A DNA stretch of 64,000 nt from an uncultured Peptococcaceae bacterium (GCA_964372025.1 CAYJPF010000003.1:3334-67333), one strand, 5' to 3'; shown: positions 1 to 9,344, counted from the stretch's first letter. A program made the numbers and translations. The notes: generated by a model from the letters alone, not told the origin.

Positions 1-62
1 CTTTTTTGACTATGTGCACAAACTAATTTCACGGGGCAAAATTCGTTTAAATGGAGGTTAAA

Positions 63-512
63 ATGAATTACAACAAAACAAAATTACCGTTTGAATGGTA
101 CGGTTTTACCGTTCAACCGGGCATGATTTTCGGCGACTACAAACGCAAATTAACGGTTACCAACGGCAAAACATACCATGACGCAACCGGCGCTTATATG
201 TACCGGTATGTCATGACATCGACCATGTTCGGCGATGAATGGAAACGCGAAAAGACCTATGATGAAGTCTATCATAATGCCATAGGCCGTATTATGCGCA
301 AAATGGCGAAAAAGGGAATAACCGAAGTCAAATATGCGAGTGCAATGGCGCTTGAGGAAAGTCGCGGTTATACCTATCATGAAAGCCGTGTACCCTATAA
401 GGCGAGCAACGGCAAAAACAAGAATGTCGGCTGCATTTCCGGCGGAGGTCATGGCCCGGAACACAGCTATATCAAAAAAGGTTTTATGTGGGTCAAAGTG
501 CCTGCACGATGA
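63..512 (+). CDS. hypothetical protein (150 aa)
   Basis: ORF with GGAGG RBS 5 nt upstream of ATG at 63; no recognisable motif. Confidence 0.5.
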   Translation: MNYNKTKLPFEWYGFTVQPGMIFGDYKRKLTVTNGKTYHDATGAYMYRYVMTSTMFGDEWKREKTYDEVYHNAIGRIMRKMAKKGITEVKYASAMALEESRGYTYHESRVPYKASNGKNKNVGCISGGGHGPEHSYIKKGFMWVKVPAR

Positions 513-525
513 AAGGAAAATAATT

Positions 526-693
526 ATGAAGAATAAAATAATAGCTATAATTATAGCTGCAACTCTATGTGTGACCGGGGTTATTGCGGTCACTTTGATT
601 GAAACGGTCAATGAATTAAACCGGCAACAATCACGCAACGCATCACTGAACACACAGCTCGTATTTGAGCAGTTAGGTCTTGATTACGAATAA
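526..693 (+). CDS. small membrane protein (55 aa, one TM helix)
   Basis: In-frame ATG at 526 after GAAAGGAAAA; hydrophobic N-terminus IIAIIIAATLCVTGVIAVTLI. Confidence 0.4.
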   Translation: MKNKIIAIIIAATLCVTGVIAVTLIETVNELNRQQSRNASLNTQLVFEQLGLDYE

Positions 694-769
694 GCCATGA
701 GCAAAATACACACTGACGGAGGGTAATTCCTCCGTTTTTTTACGCCCAAAATTAAGGAGGATTTTTTAT

Positions 770-1228
770 ATGAAGATTTTAAAAATTGAAGAATGGGAAG
801 GCAATTTATCAGGATTGCCGGTACATGTTAAAAAGCCAGATTACATAATTAGACAGTATTACGAAGGGTATCAAATTGTAACCAATGAAGAAATATGGTA
901 TTTTTTGATTAATGGCGAAGGGCAATGTTGCGAGCGTTGGGGATATTTTGATTGTGGCGATGATATTTCTGAAGTTATTGGCAAAGAGTTGAAAGAAATT
1001 TATGTCACTGACACGGCGCTGAAATCTGAAACGCTTTACTCTAAGATGGAAAAACATCAAATTAATAGGAAATACGACAGCCCTTCATTGTGTTTTGTAA
1101 ATGTTGTAACCACTTGCGGGGCATCTGTCCAACTGGCTGTGTACAATGAGCATGAGGGGTATTATGGTCATGATGTATTTGTGCTGAAAGTCCCCTGTGC
1201 TGAAATGATTCACGAAACAGGTGTGTAA
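770..1228 (+). CDS. hypothetical protein (152 aa)
   Basis: AAGGAGG RBS upstream; Cys-containing, no motif recognised. Confidence 0.5.
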   Translation: MKILKIEEWEGNLSGLPVHVKKPDYIIRQYYEGYQIVTNEEIWYFLINGEGQCCERWGYFDCGDDISEVIGKELKEIYVTDTALKSETLYSKMEKHQINRKYDSPSLCFVNVVTTCGASVQLAVYNEHEGYYGHDVFVLKVPCAEMIHETGV

Positions 1229-1238
1229 GGAGGAAATT

Positions 1239-1823
1239 ATGAACAGAGAATTTATGAGAGGCGATTTAATTCGTCTCAGCAACGAAAGCATAACCACATG
1301 GGGCATTTCACCTGACTGTGCGATGTTAAAAGACCGGAAGCTGATTATCCATGGTGTTGCCAAATTTTCGTTTGGAGTTCGATATCTTTTGGCGGACTAC
1401 AGAACCGATTTGGTGTTGCCATGGAGCTTTAAAGAGGAGCATTTAGTATTGCTACAAGAGGTAGGCTCATACCGTCATAAAAAAGACGAAGCTACTTTTG
1501 AAGACTATTGGCCGTTTCTCGAACATAGATTTCTTGATTTAACTTGTACAAATAGGAATGGTGATGAAGTGTTCGTTAAATATGTGGATAGGGCAAGGGT
1601 AATATGTGTCACAACGCTGCCTGCGGACGGTGGAGTGCCTGTGCGAGTTTGCTTTAAAAATTATGATGCCAAAACACAGCGTGAATGGGAAAACTATATG
1701 GAATACATAGACGACTGGCGACAAACCCATAATTCAGTGCAATTTCACGGCATGAGCCCTGCGAGCTTTGACGAATGGCGTGATAATGAAAACGCCGAAG
1801 AGGAAGATGAAGATGAACGCTGA
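1239..1823 (+). CDS. hypothetical protein with acidic C-terminus
   Basis: AAGGAGG RBS then ATG at 1239; C-terminal EEEDEDER tail. Confidence 0.5.
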   Translation: MNREFMRGDLIRLSNESITTWGISPDCAMLKDRKLIIHGVAKFSFGVRYLLADYRTDLVLPWSFKEEHLVLLQEVGSYRHKKDEATFEDYWPFLEHRFLDLTCTNRNGDEVFVKYVDRARVICVTTLPADGGVPVRVCFKNYDAKTQREWENYMEYIDDWRQTHNSVQFHGMSPASFDEWRDNENAEEEDEDER

Positions 1824-2061
1824 AACTATGTTTGCTATTCTTAAATACGAAAAGCGCGAATTTATTTATTGTGGTAGGAAAATTATTGATTATGTTTACG
1901 AACCGGGCCCTTATGAAAGCGTTATCCGTTTCGATGAAAACAAAGTGGAATGTTCATGCGTGGAATACGAACCTTTAGCTCTTAACTGGTTGACAGTCAG
2001 AGCAATTCTTGCGCAAATGGAAGAAATGGGGTGGGGGGAAAATGACGATGCCCAGATTTAA
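1807..2061 (+). CDS. hypothetical small protein
   Basis: ORF overlapping previous stop; GAGGAAG RBS. Confidence 0.4.
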   Translation: MKMNAETMFAILKYEKREFIYCGRKIIDYVYEPGPYESVIRFDENKVECSCVEYEPLALNWLTVRAILAQMEEMGWGENDDAQI

Positions 2062-2254
2062 AGTCGGAGATACCGTTCTAATTATTAACGCAGATTTTGA
2101 GCCGGCATGTCCCGGCATGGAAGTATATGTGAATATGATAGGCACAGTGATTGGCAATTCACATAATTATGAGGTAAGTATTCCGTACAAACCAACATGT
2201 TATTGGAACGAAAAGTCCCTCGCTCCGGTCAACGAATATAGAAAGGAAGATTAA
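2042..2254 (+). CDS. small SH3-like paralog-family protein
   Basis: N-terminal FKVGDTVLI and C-terminal W...LAPVNEY; shares signature with 8 other ORFs. Confidence 0.55.
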   Translation: MTMPRFKVGDTVLIINADFEPACPGMEVYVNMIGTVIGNSHNYEVSIPYKPTCYWNEKSLAPVNEYRKED

Positions 2255-2255
2255 T

Positions 2256-2720
2256 ATGAATAAAAGAAGAGAAACAGCCTTTGGCAAAAAAGTGTACCTA
2301 TTGGGCAAAGACCATGAAGGCATTTTATACTGGCTCGAAGAAAGTCAATGGGAATGCGACTGGTACTGGGGCATGGGGTATGTTGAAACTTACACTAATA
2401 ATAAGTATCCACACCTTTCGAGGGACATAAATAGCCACCAGCACTTTGATGGACTATTCTTTAATGGTAGAGTTGATGGGCACACTGCATGGAACAATTT
2501 CTTTGCCGAAAGTGTTTTATCGAGCAAAGAGTTATGGACGCTCATGGAACTCATGAAGACTGCATATACTTTGCAAGAAACTGCGGCAGTGCTCGGCAGA
2601 GGTGGCTCGCATTACACTGCAAATCCATGCGCTGATGTCAAACGTATCAACGAGGTAGTTTTGCCTGCGATATTTGAACAGGTGTATGAGTTTTTATCAC
2701 CAGAGGGAGGATTGAAATGA
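2256..2720 (+). CDS. hypothetical protein (154 aa)
   Basis: ORF with RBS; Trp-rich, no motif. Confidence 0.5.
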   Translation: MNKRRETAFGKKVYLLGKDHEGILYWLEESQWECDWYWGMGYVETYTNNKYPHLSRDINSHQHFDGLFFNGRVDGHTAWNNFFAESVLSSKELWTLMELMKTAYTLQETAAVLGRGGSHYTANPCADVKRINEVVLPAIFEQVYEFLSPEGGLK

Positions 2721-3091
2721 CGATTACTGAATACATAGCATTACACGAAACCGATATCGGCATCGAGGCCTTTGACCCTATAGTAACGGTAATCACCTCA
2801 CCTTCCGGTAGCTTAGAGCTGACACTTAAACAGATTGAATACTTGTCTCGCAAGTTGGATTTTACAATCGAAAAAATAATACTGCACAATAATGGGCACA
2901 GATTAGAGGCGGAATTCAAGTGCCCAAATATTATGTTTTTTGCCTTAACCAATGCTGCCAATAAGCTCGAAGAAGAAATCGAGCGCATGAGCAAAGAAAT
3001 AGATGAAAAAATGACAAAGCGCAAAAAGTTGACAAAAGAACTTGATGAAGAAATCCAAACACTTCAAAAAATAAAGGACGGTCTGAAATGA
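2717..3091 (+). CDS. hypothetical coiled-coil protein
   Basis: ATGA overlap with upstream gene; C-terminal K/E-rich heptad region. Confidence 0.5.
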   Translation: MTITEYIALHETDIGIEAFDPIVTVITSPSGSLELTLKQIEYLSRKLDFTIEKIILHNNGHRLEAEFKCPNIMFFALTNAANKLEEEIERMSKEIDEKMTKRKKLTKELDEEIQTLQKIKDGLK

Positions 3092-3360
3092 ATGAAATGA
3101 GATACGCACGAGACCTATTTACACCGCAGAACCCCATGAGTAGAGTAAAGGAAGTTTTAGAGAAACTGGGCGCTGTCCACGGATGCAAAAGCATCGACTG
3201 TAGGCAGTGCCCTTTTCATAACCTGCACTTAGGTGACAAAGAGCGTTGCCAAACCCAAATGATAGAACATCTACCGGCATTTATTAAGGTGGCGGAAGAC
3301 TGGCTCGAGAAACATAAATGCAGATGTGCGCATTGCACCTGCGGAAAGGAAAAACTATGA
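3088..3360 (+). CDS. Cys-rich zinc-binding small protein
   Basis: CxxC...C...CxxC motifs (CRQCPFH, CRCAHCTC). Confidence 0.5.
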   Translation: MNEMRYARDLFTPQNPMSRVKEVLEKLGAVHGCKSIDCRQCPFHNLHLGDKERCQTQMIEHLPAFIKVAEDWLEKHKCRCAHCTCGKEKL

Positions 3361-3731
3361 GACAATTTAAATGCAATGACTGCGGAGCAGAAATTAAACT
3401 ACCACCCAAAACAACGATGAATTTTTGCATTGAGTGTGGTTCAAATGATGTGCATGGCCTTTTGGGGCTTAGTACAGCCACCCGTTTGAAACGCTTTGAA
3501 AACTACAAAGCTGAACTCAATCAACTTGCTCCGCAGATGGACGAATTAAACACGCAACTAAACGAACTTGAAGTTCAACGCAAAGTCTTGAAGCAACGCT
3601 TTGACTACTTGCTAATGTATTTTGCAAGGCAAGTCGAAAGAGGTTTAATGTCGAAAGACGAACTTACAAAATTAAGGTCTTTGCCTAAAACACGCAAAGC
3701 GAAAGGAGCTAAGCATGAGAAAGAAAATTAA
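3357..3731 (+). CDS. zinc-ribbon plus coiled-coil protein
   Basis: CNDCG...CIECG zinc ribbon at N-terminus followed by helical region. Confidence 0.5.
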   Translation: MRQFKCNDCGAEIKLPPKTTMNFCIECGSNDVHGLLGLSTATRLKRFENYKAELNQLAPQMDELNTQLNELEVQRKVLKQRFDYLLMYFARQVERGLMSKDELTKLRSLPKTRKAKGAKHEKEN

Positions 3732-3738
3732 AAGAGTA

Positions 3739-3879
3739 ATGCCTATTGTAGCGTTCTTTTCGTTCATGTTACTACTGGGCACTTTCGGTTTAATTGAAAA
3801 TGGCGAGATGACGATTAAAGAGGGAGCTCTTAGGATTATTGGGAGCATCTTTGGTTTAGGAGCTTGGGAGGTGATTTGA
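3739..3879 (+). CDS. possible small TM protein (46 aa), not in ORF track
   Basis: MPIVAFFSFMLLLGTFGLIENGEMTIKEGALRIIGSIFGLGAWEVI read directly; fills intergenic gap; weak RBS. Confidence 0.25.
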   Translation: MPIVAFFSFMLLLGTFGLIENGEMTIKEGALRIIGSIFGLGAWEVI

Positions 3880-4088
3880 TGTTCAAGGTAGGCGATGTAG
3901 TGCGTGTCAAAGTCTATGAGCAACGCCCGTCTCGATGGAATAGCGAAGGTGACATGGACAAGTTTATGGGCACAATTCAAACAATCAGCATAGTAAGCGG
4001 TACTGCAATACATCTTCAGGGAGATATTAATTGGATGTGGCGAACAGAAGATTTAATGCCAGCAAATCAATACGAAAGGAGTGATTAA
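3879..4088 (+). CDS. small SH3-like paralog-family protein
   Basis: MFKVGDVVRV...WMWRTEDLMPANQY; GGGAGGTG RBS. Confidence 0.55.
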   Translation: MFKVGDVVRVKVYEQRPSRWNSEGDMDKFMGTIQTISIVSGTAIHLQGDINWMWRTEDLMPANQYERSD

Positions 4089-4331
4089 ATGCGATGGAAA
4101 ATAGGCGACAAAGTTGTCGTAAAGCCGAGAGACCAACTGCGAGGGCTACACATAGTAACACCTATGTATGCGTTTTGCGGAACTGTACAAACAATATACT
4201 CTGTCCCTGCAGAAACACAAATATATTTATTACGACTTGATAGCGCTGACAACCCCGAATGGCATAACGGGCACTGGATTTGGAAGGAGAACGATTTTGA
4301 ACCGCTAAACGAATACAATGGAGGTAAATGA
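4089..4331 (+). CDS. small SH3-like paralog-family protein
   Basis: MRWKIGDKVVV...WIWKENDFEPLNEY. Confidence 0.55.
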   Translation: MRWKIGDKVVVKPRDQLRGLHIVTPMYAFCGTVQTIYSVPAETQIYLLRLDSADNPEWHNGHWIWKENDFEPLNEYNGGK

Positions 4332-4570
4332 TGAATATACAAATAGGCGGCAAGTATAGATTGCGCTACTCAGGAGAAATTTTTTGGAGCGCTGGCATGA
4401 AACATCGGATAGGCAGTATTGTCACGATTCGATGCTATAACCAAAACAGAAGTCGTGGTTTAGATTGCTACAACATCGAAGAGGACTATGGCGAGTTTAA
4501 CGGAAAGGGCTGGACTTACCACAAACAAGATTTTGTACCGATAAACGAATACGACAAAAATAAAAACTAA
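4328..4570 (+). CDS. small SH3-like paralog-family protein
   Basis: IQIGGKYRL...GSIVTI...WTYHKQDFVPINEY. Confidence 0.55.
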   Translation: MMNIQIGGKYRLRYSGEIFWSAGMKHRIGSIVTIRCYNQNRSRGLDCYNIEEDYGEFNGKGWTYHKQDFVPINEYDKNKN

Positions 4571-4591
4571 TACATTTAAGGAGATTTAATT

Positions 4592-6703
4592 ATGGAAATT
4601 GAAATGAAAACAAACGAAACCTCTACAAAAGCTCGCTTTAAAGAAGGCGACAGAGTAAGAGTAACCCGACCCATGGCGATGACAGTGAACTGGGTTGAGC
4701 CTATGGCAAGACATATGAACGAAGTGTTTACCGTAAAAGAAGTCGTTTCTGACGGATATTTCTTTGTAGAACCGCAACACGGTCACCACGAGCGAATTAA
4801 GATGACCGGCAACTGGTGGTGGGCAGATGATTGCTTAGAACTTGAAAATGCAGTAGTACAAGCACCCGAAGAACCTAAGTTGCCGATAGAGAAACCGACT
4901 GAACCTCATAAGTATGCCACGGAAAACGCACAGTTTCTATCCGATTATCCGACTCGTGTAGACCAAATCAGATACTACACTCAAAAAGCTGTTGAGCACT
5001 TCGACCACAAACGTATCGAAGATGATTACAGCTACTCCGGCGTTGAGACAAATGTCGAAGCGTGGTATGACAGCAAACTGCACCTATTTGAGGCGTTCCG
5101 AAATCACCCGCTCTGGAACGAAGAGGCAAAAGCGGTTATAACGAGCGTAGCTATCGAGTACAAACCGCGTTATGTTGACTTTGATAATTACTTTAGGAGA
5201 CTTGTTGAATATAATGCCCAAAGCTCAAACTCGCCGCTGATGCAAAATACCGCTTATCGAGAAGGTGCGGCTAATTGCCGGTCAATCCTTACTCGTTACG
5301 TTAAATGTGGCGTAACAACAATCACTAAAGACTTTATAGACGGAGATGCAAGCACTCCAATCATGAACGGTATGGGCGTGGAGCTTAAAGCCGGACAGAA
5401 AGTCACGAGAGCAATAAACGCATGGCTTAAAAAGCTCGGAGCACACGGCACTCCGTTTGCAAACTCGGAAAACCATTTTATGAAGTGTCACCACGGCGTT
5501 CCGATGGATTTTCACGGACATACCGTAAAAGCTAATTATGTTTATGGAATATATGACAGATACCCGTTTGTTTCTGGCGACGAAGTAAACCGCATGGGCA
5601 TTGAAAAACGTTTACAAATGTATGTTAAAGTCGGCAGCAGTTGGAGCGCTCGAGAAGTTTCCGAAGAAGTTCGCGAAGGCGTTAGAGCCATTCACTACAA
5701 CAAAGTGTTTGCTCAAATGTGCGATGCTATGGTGGCTAAGACAGTCACGCAACCCTACGTTATATCGTTTAACTTCATGGACTTCCTAACTGTATCTAAC
5801 GGGAACTCGTGGTCTTCTTGTCACGCTCTCGATCGTAGCTATCGTGCAGGCGTTCTCTCGTATGCCAACGACGAAAGTTCTGCGGTAACTTATGTGCTCA
5901 GCAAGGAATACACCGGCAACGAATGGTGGGCTGAGCCGAAGGTTAATCGTCAGATGTACCACTTTGACCAAAACGGCGATTGTTTCCTTCAGAGCAGACT
6001 ATACCCGAACGACAACGCAGATGATATTTACGAACCTCTAAGGCACATTGTACAAAAGGCACAATCCGTTGCCTATGCTCGTGCAAATGCGTGGCAAATC
6101 TCTCGTAAGAGTAGAGAGTGCATTTATACTCACGACGATGCTCTGGGCTACAAAGATTACGAAGAGGGCTATAACTCGGTATTCTCCAGCCGTAAAGGTG
6201 CAGATAGAGCAAAAATGCGCATTACTATCGGTGCTCAAGGCTATTGTATCTACAGTGGCGATGACTTGCAGGATAGCGACTCTCTCAACTGCAACAGCGG
6301 CATGACGAAGTGCTATAATTGCGGTAACCGTATTGACGAAGACGATGCAATATACATTAACGACGAATATTACTGCACCGACTGCCTTAGCTACTGCGAC
6401 CACTGTAATGAGTATGTGTTGCCCGGCGACATCGTAGAAGATAGCAGTATCTGTGAAACATGCTATCGCGATGATTATTTCACTTGCGACCACTGCGGAA
6501 GTATTTGGCATAACGAAGATAGTTGCTTTGTTGACGGTGAGGATACTTATGTATGCCCAGACTGTTTGACGGAGTATTACTTCCAATGCGAAGAGTGTAG
6601 CAGGGTGTACACTAACGATGACAGACACGATAGATTGACACACATGTGCGAAAGCTGTGGTGATGAAGCTACAGAAAACGCTGACGAAGAAGGAGCGGAA
6701 TAA
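4592..6703 (+). CDS. large multidomain protein (703 aa)
   Basis: N-terminal SH3-like paralog domain (FKEGDRVRV...WWWADDCLEL), central unknown domain, C-terminal array of about six CxxC zinc-ribbon repeats. Confidence 0.6.
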   Translation: MEIEMKTNETSTKARFKEGDRVRVTRPMAMTVNWVEPMARHMNEVFTVKEVVSDGYFFVEPQHGHHERIKMTGNWWWADDCLELENAVVQAPEEPKLPIEKPTEPHKYATENAQFLSDYPTRVDQIRYYTQKAVEHFDHKRIEDDYSYSGVETNVEAWYDSKLHLFEAFRNHPLWNEEAKAVITSVAIEYKPRYVDFDNYFRRLVEYNAQSSNSPLMQNTAYREGAANCRSILTRYVKCGVTTITKDFIDGDASTPIMNGMGVELKAGQKVTRAINAWLKKLGAHGTPFANSENHFMKCHHGVPMDFHGHTVKANYVYGIYDRYPFVSGDEVNRMGIEKRLQMYVKVGSSWSAREVSEEVREGVRAIHYNKVFAQMCDAMVAKTVTQPYVISFNFMDFLTVSNGNSWSSCHALDRSYRAGVLSYANDESSAVTYVLSKEYTGNEWWAEPKVNRQMYHFDQNGDCFLQSRLYPNDNADDIYEPLRHIVQKAQSVAYARANAWQISRKSRECIYTHDDALGYKDYEEGYNSVFSSRKGADRAKMRITIGAQGYCIYSGDDLQDSDSLNCNSGMTKCYNCGNRIDEDDAIYINDEYYCTDCLSYCDHCNEYVLPGDIVEDSSICETCYRDDYFTCDHCGSIWHNEDSCFVDGEDTYVCPDCLTEYYFQCEECSRVYTNDDRHDRLTHMCESCGDEATENADEEGAE

Positions 6704-6704
6704 C

Positions 6705-7889
6705 ATGACATTTTTTGATATAGTTAAACTCAAACAACATGAACTCAAGCAACAGCTACACGCTGAACTGCGCAAGCATTACGACCAAAGTGACATCAAG
6801 TTTTGCCGAGGATTTCTATACGCTGAAGGCGATATCCCGGTCATGGTAGTCGCTCACCTCGACACAGTACACCGCAAGCCTGTAGAGACTGTATGTGTTA
6901 GCGACGATGGGCGATACGTGATGTCTCCACAAGGCATAGGCGGCGATGACAGGTGTGGGGTATACATTATACTTCAACTTCTCGAACGCTATGGCATTAA
7001 GCCGTATGTACTCTTTACAGAGGACGAAGAAGTGGGCGGTATAGGTGCAAGGATGTTCACCAAGAGCACATTCATGCCAGACTTGAAATATATTATCGAG
7101 TTCGACAGGCGTGGTGATAATGATGCTGTGTTCTATGACTGCGACAATCCTGCGTTTACCGCTTTCGTTGAGACATTCGGTTTCCGTGAAGAGTACGGTT
7201 CGTTCTCGGACATATCTTATATTGCTCCACATTTGAAAGCAGCAGCAGTCAATTTATCTTCGGGCTATTTCAACGAGCACACATTACATGAGATGGTAGA
7301 TTTGGTTGCGGTAGAGGACATCATTAAGCGTGGTGCAAAACTCGTAATGGCACACGATACGGTATCTGCTTATGAGTACATCGAACATGTCTATGTGCCC
7401 AAGCATTACTCATACCGCAATCAGCATAACTTCACCTCCACTTACGCTAAAGGATATGCTGGCGGAGGACTCTATCCTCATGACGAAGAGGAAGACGACA
7501 AATACGAATTTTATTTTCAAGATGATGCACCGAAAAAAACATTACTCGAAACTGAAGTAAGCTATGAGATGGAACTGCGAATTCTATGCGACGATGAATA
7601 CTATTTAAAAGATAGTGAAGGGCATTTCTACATGCCGGATTACTCACATATGGGTTGCGTAGACTCTCGCGGTAGGTTTTATGTAGCGATGGATGTAGGC
7701 GCTACGGACTTTAGCGAAGAATACCCTGTCTTTATCGGCACAGAGTTTACGGTAGTCAGTGAAAGCTTGGGTACGATTATGGCGGTAGAAGCAAACGAAG
7801 ATAATATCTTTGGCGAAATCTGGAGTGAAGCCGACTATGAATGGGAGTTCGGCATACCTTTGGATATGGCTGTAGAGCTGATTGCGTAG
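6705..7889 (+). CDS. M20/M42-type metallopeptidase-like domain protein with C-terminal extension
   Basis: Motifs VMVVAHLDTVH, GGDDRCGV, FTEDEEVGGIGA match the His-x-Asp / Asp / Glu-Glu metal ligands of MH-clan aminopeptidases. Confidence 0.55.
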   Translation: MTFFDIVKLKQHELKQQLHAELRKHYDQSDIKFCRGFLYAEGDIPVMVVAHLDTVHRKPVETVCVSDDGRYVMSPQGIGGDDRCGVYIILQLLERYGIKPYVLFTEDEEVGGIGARMFTKSTFMPDLKYIIEFDRRGDNDAVFYDCDNPAFTAFVETFGFREEYGSFSDISYIAPHLKAAAVNLSSGYFNEHTLHEMVDLVAVEDIIKRGAKLVMAHDTVSAYEYIEHVYVPKHYSYRNQHNFTSTYAKGYAGGGLYPHDEEEDDKYEFYFQDDAPKKTLLETEVSYEMELRILCDDEYYLKDSEGHFYMPDYSHMGCVDSRGRFYVAMDVGATDFSEEYPVFIGTEFTVVSESLGTIMAVEANEDNIFGEIWSEADYEWEFGIPLDMAVELIA

Positions 7890-7897
7890 GTGGTATT

Positions 7898-8095
7898 ATG
7901 TTTGCAAAGGGAGATGTCGTCAGAATTAACCCGGAATTGAAAGGCATAGGGGTGGTGTCAGCGATGTGTCGTTGGTGCGGCTCAGTGCAAGTTATCATGG
8001 AGGTGTCAGGGCAACACGCAACTTTGGTTAAAACACCGTGCAGATGGGATGTATGCGATTTAAGCCCTATAAACGCTTATAAAGGAGACGATTAA
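7898..8095 (+). CDS. small SH3-like paralog-family protein
   Basis: MFAKGDVVRI...GSVQVI...DLSPINAY. Confidence 0.55.
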   Translation: MFAKGDVVRINPELKGIGVVSAMCRWCGSVQVIMEVSGQHATLVKTPCRWDVCDLSPINAYKGDD

Positions 8096-8353
8096 ATGGA
8101 ACTTAAAGTTGGCGAGAAATATATACTAAAACAAAGTTTCGCTCGTAATTGGAACGATTTGATGAAAGCAAGAGATGGCTCGATTGTTACAATTAGAAAA
8201 ATATATTCATCCGGACATTCGCTAAAACCTGTATCTATAGAAGAAGACCAAAAAGAACGTGGGAGCAGTTTTGACGGCAACGGAGGTTGGTTCTATGCCA
8301 AAGAGGACTTCGCTCCCCTAAACCAGTATGACAGAGGTGACGATGATGTTTAA
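8096..8353 (+). CDS. small SH3-like paralog-family protein
   Basis: LKVGEKYIL...GSIVTI...WFYAKEDFAPLNQY. Confidence 0.55.
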   Translation: MELKVGEKYILKQSFARNWNDLMKARDGSIVTIRKIYSSGHSLKPVSIEEDQKERGSSFDGNGGWFYAKEDFAPLNQYDRGDDDV

Positions 8354-8750
8354 AATAGACGATATGGTATACATTAATCCAACCTTTTTATCCCCCAGCG
8401 CATCTCCGGGAAGCTATGCACGACTACTTCATCAACAACAAGCACAACGCATAACTCATTTTACGGATATGCAAGCCCCAGAACGCATGTTTAGTCTTAG
8501 CGAAAGCTTAGCGAAATGGGAAGCCTCTTGTCTTGTGCCGGCGAATATTTACAAACCGGCATTTCACGACTCTACCGAAGGAAGAGCAACCTTAAGGCAG
8601 GCCATGGGCTTGGACGAAGAATACAGGCAAGCACTTGAGCAGATACGTCAAGCAACGCTTTCTATAAATCCTGCTTGGATTGCGAGAACAAGGCGATGGG
8701 TTGAAGAACAAGAGGCTATAGCTTGGAGATTGGAGGGTGACGATGCTTAA
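8343..8750 (+). CDS. divergent SH3-like paralog-family protein with C-terminal extension
   Basis: MMFKIDDMVYI ... LVPANIY motif then about 60 extra residues. Confidence 0.45.
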   Translation: MMFKIDDMVYINPTFLSPSASPGSYARLLHQQQAQRITHFTDMQAPERMFSLSESLAKWEASCLVPANIYKPAFHDSTEGRATLRQAMGLDEEYRQALEQIRQATLSINPAWIARTRRWVEEQEAIAWRLEGDDA

Positions 8751-8982
8751 AGTTGGAGATAAAGTTATAATCGTAGACGCACCGGGAGGAGTAATTATCT
8801 TCCCCGAAATGAAACAATATGTGGGAAAATTAGCAACTGTAGACCACATTGAACGCACTGGTTTTTGTACTCGTGAAACCGGTTTTTTCATATGGTGCTT
8901 TGAAAATGCGATACCAGCGAATATATATCCTAAAAAGGAGGTAGATTACGACGACGACACATGGGAAATAGTACCATTCTAA
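8743..8982 (+). CDS. small SH3-like paralog-family protein
   Basis: MLKVGDKVIIV...GKLATV...FENAIPANIY. Confidence 0.55.
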   Translation: MLKVGDKVIIVDAPGGVIIFPEMKQYVGKLATVDHIERTGFCTRETGFFIWCFENAIPANIYPKKEVDYDDDTWEIVPF

Positions 8983-8997
8983 TTTTGGAGGAAAAAA

Positions 8998-9228
8998 ATG
9001 AACAAGAACAGACGAAAAATACTTGACCGGATAATTAACACTCTCACGGAAGTGAAAGATGACCTTGAGCTTTGCAAGGATGAAGAGCAAGATTGCTTAG
9101 ACAACATGCCCGAGAACCTGCAAGGGTCAAGCAGATACGAAGACGGTGAACAAGCAGTTGCACACATGGAAGACGCGATATATGAACTGGAAAACGCTTT
9201 GGAACATATCGAGGAAGCAAGGCATTGA
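8998..9228 (+). CDS. small acidic helical protein
   Basis: GGAGG RBS; D/E-rich helical sequence. Confidence 0.45.
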   Translation: MNKNRRKILDRIINTLTEVKDDLELCKDEEQDCLDNMPENLQGSSRYEDGEQAVAHMEDAIYELENALEHIEEARH

Positions 9229-9253
9229 CGGTTATCTGCACCTATGATATAAT
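9225..9253 (+). promoter_or_regulatory. sigma70-like promoter TTGACG-17-TATAAT with extended -10 TG
   Basis: TTGACG at 9225-9230, TGaTATAAT ending 9253, 17-nt spacer; followed by GGAGGTG RBS. Confidence 0.5.
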
Positions 9254-9271
9254 TTTTGCGGAGGTGCTATT

Positions 9272-9331
9272 ATGGCAGAGTTGTACTTAATTGTTATGAT
9301 TGTTGGCATAATAGTAGCCGCCGCATCATGA
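9272..9331 (+). CDS. 19-aa hydrophobic mini-ORF (MAELYLIVMIVGIIVAAAS)
   Basis: Strong GGAGGTG 6 nt upstream of ATG 9272; lies between promoter and integrase start. Confidence 0.3.
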   Translation: MAELYLIVMIVGIIVAAAS

Positions 9332-9344
9332 GAAAGGCACACAA

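Noticed and set aside
6038-6775. 245-aa minus-strand ORF
   Set aside because: Entirely antisense to the 703-aa gene; low-complexity Cys/Ser/Val composition typical of a shadow ORF.
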